Of a stretch of 64,000 nucleotides of DNA, positions 36,709-46,801 are shown one piece after another. The DNA lies in assembly GCF_003018235.1 (NCBI RefSeq), contig NZ_CP027437.1; one strand, 5' to 3'. Under the pieces are notes generated by a model. That model did no database searches, was not told where the DNA came from, and was given only the letters and a program-made list of their open reading frames with translations. Both the position numbers and the translations under genes were made by a program. How positions within the stretch are numbered: position 1 is the first letter of the stretch; every line of letters starts with the position of its first letter. This DNA is from Escherichia coli (GTDB lineage Bacteria; Pseudomonadota; Gammaproteobacteria; Enterobacterales; Enterobacteriaceae).

Positions 36709-37872
36709 GTGGAACAGATTAATTCAAATAAAAAACATTCTAACAGAAGAAAATACTTTTCTTTATTGGCGGTAGTTTTATTTATTGCGTTTTCAGGTGC
36801 CTATGCCTATTGGTCAATGGAATTAGAAGACATGATTAGTACAGATGACGCCTATGTCACGGGGAATGCAGATCCAATTTCTGCACAAGTTTCAGGCAGC
36901 GTCACTGTCGTTAATCATAAAGATACGAACTACGTTCGACAGGGTGACATTTTAGTCTCACTGGATAAGACTGATGCCACTATCGCACTCAATAAAGCTA
37001 AAAATAATCTGGCCAATATTGTTCGGCAAACGAATAAACTGTACTTACAGGATAAACAATACAGTGCCGAAGTCGCTTCAGCACGTATTCAGTATCAACA
37101 ATCTTTAGAAGATTATAACCGTCGTGTACCTTTAGCGAAGCAGGGGGTTATTTCAAAAGAAACGCTGGAGCATACCAAAGATACGTTAATAAGTAGCAAA
37201 GCGGCATTGAATGCTGCTATTCAGGCTTATAAAGCGAATAAAGCTTTAGTAATGAACACACCATTAAACCGTCAGCCACAAGTCGTTGAAGCTGCGGATG
37301 CAACCAAAGAAGCCTGGTTGGCGCTTAAACGTACGGATATTAAGAGTCCGGTTACCGGCTATATTGCCCAGCGAAGTGTTCAGGTCGGCGAAACAGTGAG
37401 TCCCGGACAATCGTTAATGGCTGTCGTACCGGCACGTCAAATGTGGGTTAATGCTAACTTTAAAGAAACACAACTCACGGATGTACGGATTGGTCAATCG
37501 GTCAATATTATCAGCGATCTTTATGGTGAAAATGTTGTGTTTCATGGTCGGGTGACAGGGATCAATATGGGAACCGGCAATGCGTTCTCCTTATTACCTG
37601 CACAAAATGCGACAGGGAATTGGATCAAAATCGTTCAGCGTGTACCGGTTGAGGTTTCTCTTGATCCAAAAGAACTCATGGAACATCCCTTGCGTATTGG
37701 TTTATCGATGACTGCAACTATTGATACCAGGAACGAAGACATTGCCGATATGCCCGATCTGGCTTCAACCGTGACGTCCATGCCTGCTTATACCAGTAAG
37801 GCTTTAGTTATCGATACCAGTCCGATAGAAAAAGAAATTAGCAACATTATTTCGCATAATGGACAACTTTAA
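36709..37872 (+). CDS. emrK: multidrug efflux membrane fusion protein (EmrA paralog), 387 aa
   Basis: ORF track; HlyD-family; synteny. Confidence 0.85.
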   Translation: MEQINSNKKHSNRRKYFSLLAVVLFIAFSGAYAYWSMELEDMISTDDAYVTGNADPISAQVSGSVTVVNHKDTNYVRQGDILVSLDKTDATIALNKAKNNLANIVRQTNKLYLQDKQYSAEVASARIQYQQSLEDYNRRVPLAKQGVISKETLEHTKDTLISSKAALNAAIQAYKANKALVMNTPLNRQPQVVEAADATKEAWLALKRTDIKSPVTGYIAQRSVQVGETVSPGQSLMAVVPARQMWVNANFKETQLTDVRIGQSVNIISDLYGENVVFHGRVTGINMGTGNAFSLLPAQNATGNWIKIVQRVPVEVSLDPKELMEHPLRIGLSMTATIDTRNEDIADMPDLASTVTSMPAYTSKALVIDTSPIEKEISNIISHNGQL

Positions 37873-39410
37873 TGGCAATCACTAAATCAACTCCGGCACC
37901 ATTAACCGGTGGGACGTTATGGTGCGTTACTATTGCATTGTCATTAGCGACGTTTATGCAAATGTTGGATTCCACTATTTCTAACGTCGCAATACCGACA
38001 ATATCTGGCTTTCTGGGAGCATCAACAGACGAAGGCACCTGGGTTATCACTTCGTTTGGCGTAGCAAATGCCATTGCGATCCCTGTTACCGGCAGGCTGG
38101 CACAAAGAATAGGCGAATTAAGATTATTTTTACTTTCAGTCACTTTTTTTTCGCTGTCTTCCTTAATGTGTAGTTTATCGACCAATCTTGATGTGCTGAT
38201 ATTTTTTAGAGTCGTTCAGGGATTAATGGCGGGGCCGTTAATTCCACTGTCACAGAGTTTATTATTAAGGAATTATCCACCAGAAAAAAGAACATTTGCT
38301 CTGGCATTATGGTCTATGACCGTGATTATCGCGCCGATATGTGGGCCGATATTGGGCGGTTATATTTGTGATAACTTTAGCTGGGGTTGGATATTTTTAA
38401 TCAATGTCCCTATGGGGATTATCGTCCTGACATTATGCTTAACCTTACTTAAAGGAAGAGAAACTGAGACTTCACCGGTCAAAATGAATCTACCAGGACT
38501 GACCCTGTTAGTGCTCGGTGTTGGTGGCTTGCAAATTATGCTCGATAAAGGGCGCGATCTGGATTGGTTCAACTCGAGTACAATAATAATACTAACAGTA
38601 GTGTCAGTTATTTCTCTGATCTCTTTAGTCATTTGGGAGTCGACCTCAGAGAATCCGATTCTTGACCTCAGTTTGTTTAAGTCCCGTAATTTCACCATTG
38701 GTATTGTGAGTATCACATGCGCGTATTTATTTTACTCTGGGGCAATAGTCCTTATGCCGCAATTACTCCAGGAAACGATGGGGTATAATGCGATATGGGC
38801 CGGACTTGCCTATGCGCCCATCGGCATCATGCCGCTATTAATATCACCTTTGATAGGACGTTATGGCAACAAAATTGATATGCGGTTGTTGGTGACATTT
38901 AGTTTTTTAATGTATGCGGTTTGCTATTACTGGCGTTCTGTGACATTTATGCCAACGATTGATTTTACAGGCATCATTTTGCCACAGTTTTTCCAGGGAT
39001 TCGCCGTCGCCTGTTTCTTTTTACCCTTAACAACGATTTCGTTTTCAGGTTTGCCAGATAATAAATTTGCCAATGCCTCGAGTATGAGTAATTTTTTTCG
39101 TACCTTGTCAGGATCAGTTGGTACGTCGTTGACAATGACGCTGTGGGGACGACGCGAATCGTTACACCATAGTCAGTTGACAGCAACCATCGATCAATTT
39201 AACCCCGTGTTTAATTCATCGTCACAAATTATGGATAAATACTATGGTTCGCTTTCAGGGGTTCTTAATGAAATTAATAATGAAATAACTCAGCAGTCAC
39301 TTTCAATTTCTGCAAATGAGATTTTCCGTATGGCGGCTATTGCTTTTATCTTACTTACGGTTTTGGTTTGGTTTGCGAAACCGCCGTTTACAGCGAAAGG
39401 CGTTGGGTGA
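37872..39410 (+). CDS. emrY: MFS multidrug efflux pump (EmrB paralog), 512 aa
   Basis: ORF track; 14-TMS MFS; start overlaps the emrK stop. Confidence 0.85.
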   Translation: MAITKSTPAPLTGGTLWCVTIALSLATFMQMLDSTISNVAIPTISGFLGASTDEGTWVITSFGVANAIAIPVTGRLAQRIGELRLFLLSVTFFSLSSLMCSLSTNLDVLIFFRVVQGLMAGPLIPLSQSLLLRNYPPEKRTFALALWSMTVIIAPICGPILGGYICDNFSWGWIFLINVPMGIIVLTLCLTLLKGRETETSPVKMNLPGLTLLVLGVGGLQIMLDKGRDLDWFNSSTIIILTVVSVISLISLVIWESTSENPILDLSLFKSRNFTIGIVSITCAYLFYSGAIVLMPQLLQETMGYNAIWAGLAYAPIGIMPLLISPLIGRYGNKIDMRLLVTFSFLMYAVCYYWRSVTFMPTIDFTGIILPQFFQGFAVACFFLPLTTISFSGLPDNKFANASSMSNFFRTLSGSVGTSLTMTLWGRRESLHHSQLTATIDQFNPVFNSSSQIMDKYYGSLSGVLNEINNEITQQSLSISANEIFRMAAIAFILLTVLVWFAKPPFTAKGVG

Positions 39411-39515
39411 TGGTAAAAAGAGAGAGCTATAGCAGGTAAGACGGTAGAATCTTAAGTCTGCGCCATCGGCAGCATCGCTCACCCAGGGAAAGGATGGCGA
39501 TGCTGCGTTGAAACG

Positions 39516-40847
39516 TTATGAACGGCCTTTTGCCAGATATTGCTCCATCTCTTCTTCCGGCACCATTCCACCTCCCGTCGCCCACACCAGATGAGTGGCA
39601 TTACGCAGTTGTTCTGCGCTGAAACCGTGCATCTGTTGGTAACTTACTGATGCGCACACGCGCTGAGGCCCGGCCATACCCGCCAGTGCCGAAGGTTCAA
39701 GACGAATACCTTCTTCCTGCGCCAGCCAGCCAAGCATGTCATACATGGTTTGATCGCTAAGGGTATAGAAGCCATCCAGTAGACGCTCCATTGCCCGCCC
39801 GACAAAGCCTGATGCGCGACCAACTGCAAGGCCATCCGCTGCGGTAAGGTTGTCGATACCAATATCCTGAACAGAAATCTGATCGTGTAATCCTGTATGG
39901 ACGCCTAACAGCATACAAGGGGAGTGCGTTGGTTCGGCAAAAAAGCAGTGAACATGATCGCCAAATGCCAGTTTAAGCCCGAATGCGACGCCACCAGGAC
40001 CACCGCCAACACCACACGGCAGATAGACAAACAGAGGGTTATCAGCATCGACAATACGACCTTGCTCGGCAAATTGCGCTTTAAGACGCTGGCCTGCGAC
40101 GGAATACCCAAGGAACAACGTGCGGGAATTCTCGTCATCAATAAAGAAACAGTTCGGGTCAGACTGCGCTACTTTACGTCCTTCCTCGACTGCAACACCA
40201 TAATCTTGCTCATATTCCACGACCGTAACGCCATGGCTGCGCAGTTTCGCTTTTTTCCATGCCCGGGCATCAGCAGACATATGTACTGTCACCTTAAAGC
40301 CAATGCGGGCGCTCATAATGCCGATTGATAACCCCAGATTTCCGGTTGAGCCCACAGCAATGCTGTATTGACTAAAGAACTGTTTAAACTCCGGAGAAAG
40401 CAGTTTGCTGTAGTCATCTTCAAGCGTCAGCAACCCCGCTTCCAGAGCCAGTTTTTCTGCATGTGCCAGGACTTCATAAATCCCGCCGCGTGCTTTTATG
40501 GAGCCGGAAATGGGCAAATGGCTATCTTTTTTCAGTAGCAGTTGCCTGCTGATCGGTTGTTGATATTCCTTTTCCAGCCGTTTTTGCATAGCCGGAATGG
40601 CAACCAGTTCTGATTCAATAATCCCCCCAGTAGCAGCAGTTTCAGGAAATGCTTTTGCCAGATAGGGTGCAAAACGGGATAAGCGCGCATGGGCGTCCTG
40701 AACATCCTGTTCGGTCAGGCCAACATAAGGTAAACCTTCAGCCAATGAGGTCGTGCCAGGATTAAACCAGGTGGTTTCTTTAAGAGCAACCAGATCCTTT
40801 ACCAACGGATACTGGGCGATGAGCGAGTTCATTTTAGCGTTTTCCAT
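39516..40847 (-). CDS. dsdA: D-serine ammonia-lyase (PLP-dependent), about 442 aa
   Basis: ORF track; [19 protein letters not shown] recalled as DsdA. Confidence 0.9.
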   Translation of the reverse strand: MENAKMNSLIAQYPLVKDLVALKETTWFNPGTTSLAEGLPYVGLTEQDVQDAHARLSRFAPYLAKAFPETAATGGIIESELVAIPAMQKRLEKEYQQPISRQLLLKKDSHLPISGSIKARGGIYEVLAHAEKLALEAGLLTLEDDYSKLLSPEFKQFFSQYSIAVGSTGNLGLSIGIMSARIGFKVTVHMSADARAWKKAKLRSHGVTVVEYEQDYGVAVEEGRKVAQSDPNCFFIDDENSRTLFLGYSVAGQRLKAQFAEQGRIVDADNPLFVYLPCGVGGGPGGVAFGLKLAFGDHVHCFFAEPTHSPCMLLGVHTGLHDQISVQDIGIDNLTAADGLAVGRASGFVGRAMERLLDGFYTLSDQTMYDMLGWLAQEEGIRLEPSALAGMAGPQRVCASVSYQQMHGFSAEQLRNATHLVWATGGGMVPEEEMEQYLAKGRS

Positions 40848-40864
40848 AGTACGTCTCTTTGCGC

Positions 40865-41095
40865 TTAGATGATAAATGACAGCAGGAATGTGCCCGCCAG
40901 AGCGACGACTGAAGCGATAAATGTCGCGGTCGTATAGTATTTAAATGTTTCATTGAGCGTAGCGCCGCAATATTGCTTCACCAGCCAGAAAAGCGAGTCC
41001 GTAACGATCGTGCAGCCAATCGCACCTGAACCGATAGCAATCGCAATAATTTCCGGGCTGATGTCGGGATACAGCGGCAGCACAATGATCCATAT
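40865..41095 (-). pseudogene. dsdX: 3' remnant of the D-serine permease gene (about 72 C-terminal codons); the rest was replaced by the csc island
   Basis: minus-strand frame ...IVLPLYPDISPEIIAIAIGSGAIGCTIV...SFII matches the DsdX C-terminus; in-frame stop just upstream; no dsdC present. Confidence 0.7.
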
Positions 41096-41325
41096 TTATA
41101 TTTTCTTCTCCAGGTTGGCGATGCCAGTTGGCATGTTTTACCTACTTGCCTACATGGTTACTCGTTGGCGAGAACAGAGGCGGAATTGGGTACAATTGTC
41201 CGGGAATTATTGTTATTTTTTATTGTATTGCCGTGTCGGGTGATAGGGCGTCGAGAATATCGTTGGATCTCGCCAGTGACGTCTGTTTCTGCTACAGTGC
41301 CCGTTTTACGGCAAACGGCTTGGGT

Positions 41326-42321
41326 ATGGCTTCATTAAAGGATGTCGCACGCCTGGCGGGAGTGTCGATGATGACAGTCTCCCGGGTGATGCATAATGCA
41401 GAATCTGTGCGTCCTGCAACGCGTGACCGCGTATTGCAGGCAATCCAGACCCTGAATTATGTTCCTGATCTTTCCGCCCGTAAGATGCGCGCTCAAGGAC
41501 GTAAGCCGTCGACTCTCGCCGTGCTGGCGCAGGACACTGCTACCACTCCTTTCTCTGTTGATATTCTGCTTGCCATTGAGCAAACCGCCAGCGAGTTCGG
41601 CTGGAATAGTTTTTTAATCAATATTTTTTCTGAAGATGACGCTGCCCGTGCTGCTCGTCAGCTGCTTGCCCACCGTCCGGATGGCATTATCTATACTACA
41701 ATGGGGCTGCGACATATCACGCTGCCTGAGTCTCTGTATGGTGAAAATATTGTATTGGCGAACTGTGTGGCGGATGACCCAGCGTTACCCAGTTATATCC
41801 CTGATGATTACACTGCACAATATGAATCAACACAGCATTTGCTCGCGGCGGGCTATCGTCAACCGTTATGCTTCTGGCTACCGGAAAGTGCGTTGGCAAC
41901 AGGGTATCGTCGGCAGGGATTTGAGCAGGCCTGGCGTGATGCTGGACGAGATCTGGCTGAGGTGAAACAATTTCACATGGCAACAGGTGATGATCACTAC
42001 ACCGATCTCGCAAGTTTACTCAATGCCCACTTCAAATCTGGCAAACCAGATTTTGATGTTCTGATATGTGGTAACGATCGCGCAGCCTTTGTCGCTTATC
42101 AGGTTCTCCTGGCGAAGGGGGTACGTATCCCGCAGGATGTCGCCGTAATGGGCTTTGATAATCTGGTTGGCGTCGGGCATCTGTTTTTACCGCCGCTGAC
42201 CACAATTCAGCTTCCACATGACATTATCGGGCGGGAAGCTGCATTGCATATTATTGAAGATCGTGAAGGGGGAAGAGTGACGCGGATCCCTTGCCCGCTG
42301 TTGATCCGTTGTTCCACCTGA
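41326..42321 (+). CDS. cscR: LacI-family sucrose operon repressor, 331 aa (ORF extends to 41128)
   Basis: ORF track; N-terminal LacI-type HTH MASLKDVARLAGVSMMTVSRV; csc context. Confidence 0.85.
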   Translation: MASLKDVARLAGVSMMTVSRVMHNAESVRPATRDRVLQAIQTLNYVPDLSARKMRAQGRKPSTLAVLAQDTATTPFSVDILLAIEQTASEFGWNSFLINIFSEDDAARAARQLLAHRPDGIIYTTMGLRHITLPESLYGENIVLANCVADDPALPSYIPDDYTAQYESTQHLLAAGYRQPLCFWLPESALATGYRRQGFEQAWRDAGRDLAEVKQFHMATGDDHYTDLASLLNAHFKSGKPDFDVLICGNDRAAFVAYQVLLAKGVRIPQDVAVMGFDNLVGVGHLFLPPLTTIQLPHDIIGREAALHIIEDREGGRVTRIPCPLLIRCST

Positions 42322-42328
42322 TATTATG

Positions 42329-43762
42329 TTAACCCAGTTGCCAGAGTGCTCCATGTTGCAGCACAGCCACTCCGTGGGAGGCATAGAGCGACAGTTCCCG
42401 TTCTTCTGGCTGCGGATATATTCGGCTACTCATCACCGCCTCCCCGTCGTTAATAAATACTTCCACGGATGATGTATCGATAAATATCCTTAGGGCGAGC
42501 ATGTCACCCTGCGGGAGGGGAATACTACGGTAGCCATCTAAATTCTCGTGTGGGTAATACCGCCACAAAACAAGTCGCTCAGATTGGTTATCAATATACA
42601 GCCGCATTCCAGTGCCGAGCTGTAATCCGTAATGTTCGGCATCACTGTTCTTCAGCGCCCACTGCAACTGAATCTCAACTGCTTGCGCGTTTTCCTGCAA
42701 AACATATTTATTGCTGATTGTGCGGGGAGAGATAGATTGATGCTGCTGGCGTAACGACTCAGCTTCGTGTACCGGGCGTTGTAGAAGTTTGCCATTGCTC
42801 TCTGATAGCTCGCGCGCCAGCGTCATGCAGCCTGCCCAGCCTTCACGTTTTGAGGGCATTGGCGATTCCCACATATCCATCCAGCCGATAACAATACGCC
42901 GACCATCCTTCGCTAAAAAGCTTTGTGGTGCATAAAAGTCATGCCCGTTATCAAGTTCAGTAAAATGCCCGGATTGTGCAAAAAGTCGTCCTGGCGACCA
43001 CATTCCGGGTATTACGCCACTTTGAAAGCGATTTCGGTAACTGTATCCCTCGGCATTCATTCCCTGCGGGGAAAACATCAGATAATGCTGATCGCCAAGG
43101 CTGAAAAAGTCCGGACATTCCCACATATAGCTTTCACCCGCATCAGCGTGGGCCAGTACGCGATCGAAGGTCCATTCACGCAATGAACTGCCGCGATAAA
43201 GCAGGATCTGCCCCGTGTTGCCTGGATCTTTCGCCCCGACAACCATCCACCATGTGTCGGCTTCACGCCACACTTTAGGATCGCGGAAGTGCATGATTCC
43301 TTCTGGTGGAGTGAGGATCACACCCTGTTTCTCGAAATGAATACCATCCCGACTGGTAGCCAGACATTGTACTTCGCGAATTGCATCGTCATTACCTGCA
43401 CCATCGAGCCAGACGTGTCCGGTGTAGATAAGTGAGAGGACACCATTGTCATCGACAGCACTACCTGAAAAACACCCGTCTTTGTCATTCTCGTCTCCTG
43501 GCGCTAGCGCAATAGGCTCATGCTGCCAGTGGATCATATCGTCGCTGGTGGCATGTCCCCAGTGCATTGGCCCCCAGTGTTCGCTCATCGGGTGATGTTG
43601 ATAAAACGCGTGATAACGATCGTTAAACCAGATCAGGCCGTTTGGATCGTTCATCCACCCGGCAGGAGGCGCGAGGTGAAAATGGGGATAGAAAGTGTTA
43701 CCTCGGCGCTCGTGAAGTTTTGCTAGTGCGTTTTGCGCCGCATGTAATCGAGATTGCGTCAT
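42329..43762 (-). CDS. cscA: sucrose-6-phosphate hydrolase / invertase (GH32), 477 aa
   Basis: ORF track; GH32 WMNDPNG motif; recalled CscA. Confidence 0.85.
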   Translation of the reverse strand: MTQSRLHAAQNALAKLHERRGNTFYPHFHLAPPAGWMNDPNGLIWFNDRYHAFYQHHPMSEHWGPMHWGHATSDDMIHWQHEPIALAPGDENDKDGCFSGSAVDDNGVLSLIYTGHVWLDGAGNDDAIREVQCLATSRDGIHFEKQGVILTPPEGIMHFRDPKVWREADTWWMVVGAKDPGNTGQILLYRGSSLREWTFDRVLAHADAGESYMWECPDFFSLGDQHYLMFSPQGMNAEGYSYRNRFQSGVIPGMWSPGRLFAQSGHFTELDNGHDFYAPQSFLAKDGRRIVIGWMDMWESPMPSKREGWAGCMTLARELSESNGKLLQRPVHEAESLRQQHQSISPRTISNKYVLQENAQAVEIQLQWALKNSDAEHYGLQLGTGMRLYIDNQSERLVLWRYYPHENLDGYRSIPLPQGDMLALRIFIDTSSVEVFINDGEAVMSSRIYPQPEERELSLYASHGVAVLQHGALWQLG

Positions 43763-43796
43763 TTTTATCATCCTGGTTAAGCAAATTTGGTGAATT

Positions 43797-43808
43797 GTTA
43801 ACGTTAAC
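43797..43808. promoter_or_regulatory. perfect palindrome GTTAACGTTAAC, candidate CscR operator 1 in the cscA–cscK divergent region
   Basis: 12-bp perfect palindrome read directly. Confidence 0.5.
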
Positions 43809-43860
43809 TTTTATAAAAATAAAGTCCCTTACTTTCATAAATGCGATGAATATCACAAAT

Positions 43861-43872
43861 GTTAACGTTAAC
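43861..43872. promoter_or_regulatory. second perfect palindrome GTTAACGTTAAC, candidate CscR operator 2, nested in a larger TCACAAA...TTTGTGA inverted repeat
   Basis: identical 12-mer 64 bp from the first copy. Confidence 0.5.
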
Positions 43873-43977
43873 TATGACGTTTTGTGATCGAATATGCATG
43901 TTTTAGTAAATCCATGACGATTTTGCGAAAAAGAGGTTTATCACTATGCGTAAGTCAGATGAATTTAAGGGAAAAAA

Positions 43978-44901
43978 ATGTCAGCCAAAGTATGGGTTTT
44001 AGGGGATGCGGTCGTAGATCTCTTGCCAGAATCAGACGGGCGGCTACTGCCTTGTCCTGGCGGTGCGCCAGCTAACGTTGCGGTGGGAATCGCCAGATTA
44101 GGCGGAATAAGTGGGTTTATAGGTCGGGTGGGGGATGATCCTTTTGGTGCGTTAATGCAAAGAACGCTGCTAACTGAGGGAGTCGATATCACGTATCTGA
44201 AGCAAGATGAATGGCACCGGACATCCACGGTGCTTGTCGATCTGAACGATCAAGGGGAACGTTCATTTACGTTTATGGTCCGCCCCAGTGCCGATCTTTT
44301 TTTAGAGACGACAGACTTGCCCTGCTGGCGACATGGCGAATGGTTACATCTCTGTTCAATTGCGTTGTCTGCCGAGCCTTCGCGTTCCAGCGCATTTACT
44401 GCGATGACGGCGATCCGGCATGCCGGAGGTTTTGTCAGCTTCGATCCCAATATTCGTGAAGATCTATGGCAAGACGAGCATTTGCTCCGCTTGTGTTTGC
44501 GGCAGGCGCTACAACTGGCGGATGTCGTCAAGCTCTCGGAAGAAGAATGGCGACTTATCAGTGGAAAAACACAGAACGATCGGGATATATGCGCCCTGGC
44601 AAAAGAGTATGAGATCGCCATGCTGTTGGTGACTAAAGGTGCAGAAGGGGTGGTGGTCTGTTATCGAGGACAAGTCCACCATTTTGCTGGAATGTCTGTG
44701 AATTGTGTCGATAGCACTGGGGCGGGAGATGCGTTCGTTGCCGGGTTACTCACAGGTCTGTCCTCTACGGGATTATCTACAGATGAGAGAGAAATGCGAC
44801 GAATTATCGATCTCGCTCAACGTTGCGGAGCGCTTGCAGTAACAGCGAAAGGGGCAATGACAGCGCTGCCATGTCGACAAGAACTGGAAAGTGAGAAGTA
44901 A
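43978..44901 (+). CDS. cscK: fructokinase (PfkB family), 307 aa
   Basis: ORF track; ribokinase/PfkB-like; csc context. Confidence 0.85.
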   Translation: MSAKVWVLGDAVVDLLPESDGRLLPCPGGAPANVAVGIARLGGISGFIGRVGDDPFGALMQRTLLTEGVDITYLKQDEWHRTSTVLVDLNDQGERSFTFMVRPSADLFLETTDLPCWRHGEWLHLCSIALSAEPSRSSAFTAMTAIRHAGGFVSFDPNIREDLWQDEHLLRLCLRQALQLADVVKLSEEEWRLISGKTQNDRDICALAKEYEIAMLLVTKGAEGVVVCYRGQVHHFAGMSVNCVDSTGAGDAFVAGLLTGLSSTGLSTDEREMRRIIDLAQRCGALAVTAKGAMTALPCRQELESEK

Positions 44902-44962
44902 ACGGCGAGGCCGCTCTTATCTCTAAATAGGACATGAATTTTTTAACGACAGGCAGGTAATT

Positions 44963-46210
44963 ATGGCACTGAATATTCCATTCAGAAATGCATACTATCG
45001 TTTTGCATCCAGTTACTCATTTCTCTTTTTTATTTCCTGGTCGCTGTGGTGGTCGTTATACGCTATTTGGCTGAAAGGACATCTAGGATTAACAGGGACG
45101 GAATTAGGTACACTTTATTCGGTCAACCAGTTTACCAGCATTCTATTTATGATGTTCTACGGCATCGTTCAGGATAAACTCGGTCTGAAGAAACCGCTCA
45201 TCTGGTGTATGAGTTTCATTCTGGTCTTGACCGGACCGTTTATGATTTACGTTTATGAACCGTTACTGCAAAGCAATTTTTCTGTAGGTCTAATTCTGGG
45301 GGCGCTCTTTTTTGGCCTGGGGTATCTGGCGGGATGTGGTTTGCTTGACAGCTTCACTGAAAAAATGGCGCGAAATTTTCATTTCGAATATGGAACAGCG
45401 CGCGCCTGGGGATCTTTTGGCTATGCTATTGGCGCGTTCTTTGCCGGCATATTTTTTAGTATCAGTCCCCATATCAACTTCTGGTTGGTCTCGCTATTTG
45501 GCGCTGTATTTATGATGATCAACATGCGTTTTAAAGATAAGGGTCACCAGTGTGTAGCGGTGGATGCAGGAGGGGTAAAAAAAGAGGATTTTATCGCAGT
45601 TTTCAAGGATCGAAACTTCTGGGTTTTCGTCATATTTATTGTGGGGACGTGGTCTTTCTATAACATTTTTGATCAACAACTCTTTCCTGTCTTTTATGCA
45701 GGTTTATTCGAATCACACGATGTAGGAACGCGCCTGTATGGTTATCTCAACTCATTCCAGGTGGTACTCGAAGCGCTGTGCATGGCGATTATTCCTTTCT
45801 TTGTGAATCGGGTAGGGCCAAAAAATGCATTACTTATCGGTGTTGTGATTATGGCGTTGCGTATCCTTTCCTGCGCGCTGTTCGTTAACCCCTGGATTAT
45901 TTCATTAGTGAAGCTGTTACATGCCATTGAGGTTCCACTTTGTGTCATATCCGTCTTCAAATACAGCGTGGCAAACTTTGATAAACGCCTGTCGTCGACG
46001 ATCTTTCTGATTGGTTTTCAAATTGCCAGTTCGCTTGGGATTGTGCTGCTTTCAACGCCGACTGGGATACTCTTTGACCACGCAGGCTACCAGACAGTTT
46101 TCTTCGCAATTTCGGGTATTGTCTGCCTGATGTTGCTATTTGGCATTTTCTTCCTGAGTAAAAAACGCGAGCAAATAGTTATGGAAACGCCTGTACCTTC
46201 AGCAATATAG
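44963..46210 (+). CDS. cscB: sucrose:H+ symporter (LacY-like MFS), 415 aa
   Basis: ORF track; oligosaccharide:H+ symporter family; csc context. Confidence 0.85.
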   Translation: MALNIPFRNAYYRFASSYSFLFFISWSLWWSLYAIWLKGHLGLTGTELGTLYSVNQFTSILFMMFYGIVQDKLGLKKPLIWCMSFILVLTGPFMIYVYEPLLQSNFSVGLILGALFFGLGYLAGCGLLDSFTEKMARNFHFEYGTARAWGSFGYAIGAFFAGIFFSISPHINFWLVSLFGAVFMMINMRFKDKGHQCVAVDAGGVKKEDFIAVFKDRNFWVFVIFIVGTWSFYNIFDQQLFPVFYAGLFESHDVGTRLYGYLNSFQVVLEALCMAIIPFFVNRVGPKNALLIGVVIMALRILSCALFVNPWIISLVKLLHAIEVPLCVISVFKYSVANFDKRLSSTIFLIGFQIASSLGIVLLSTPTGILFDHAGYQTVFFAISGIVCLMLLFGIFFLSKKREQIVMETPVPSAI

Positions 46211-46289
46211 ACGTAAACTTTTTCCGGTTGTTGTCGATATCTCCATATCCCTCAACCGGAAAATAATAATACAAAAATGCTTAGCCCAA

Positions 46290-46520
46290 CTAATAATCAC
46301 CTAATCCAAACGCCTCATTCATGTTCTGGTACAGTCGCTCAAATGTACTCCGGATACGCGGTTCGCTGATTTCCAGGACATTGTCGTCATTCAGCGACCT
46401 GTCCCGAGTATCACGGGCCTGCGAATTCATCAAGGAATGCATTGCAGAGTGAAGTATCGAGTCACGCCATATTTCGCTATCAGGATTCTGTATGATGGTT
46501 ACATCGCCCGGCCCAGGGCT
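46290..46520 (-). other. start-less ORF remnant of about 60 codons (…IWRDSILHSAMHSLMNSQARDTRDRSLNDDNVLEISEPRIRSTFERLYQNMNEAFGLGDY*) in the cscB–argW spacer
   Basis: manual translation; open frame bounded upstream by a stop, with no plausible start or RBS; identity unknown. Confidence 0.3.
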
Positions 46521-46651
46521 GTTTAGTCATCAGCGCTTTCTGACAGTGCTGAGATTTCAACCTGTTGCAGTAAAAATGAGTAAATATAGGGCAAGTGTGC
46601 TGCCAAACCCATCTTTTACGGGGTGAAGGTAGATATTGTTAGAAGGGTATC

Positions 46652-46726
46652 TGGTGTCCCCTGCAGGAATCGAACCTGCAATTAGCCCTTAGGAGGGGCT
46701 CGTTATATCCATTTAACTAAGAGGAC
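46652..46726 (-). tRNA. argW: tRNA-Arg(CCU), 75 nt
   Basis: reverse complement GTCCTCTTAGTTAAATGGATATAACGAGCCCCTCCTAAGGGCTAATTGCAGGTTCGATTCCTGCAGGGGACACCA. Confidence 0.9.
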
Positions 46727-46801
46727 AATGCGGCATGAGTATACCCGCTAATGGACTGCGGGGTAAGTACGCTGCCGCTCGATTGCTTAAACCCTCGCCA
46801 T

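Noticed and set aside
41084-41325. Direct repeat of the argW 3' end (att site) at the dsdX-side junction of the csc island
   Set aside because: I looked for tggtgtcccctgcaggaatcgaacc-like sequence near the junction and found none, so I make no att call.
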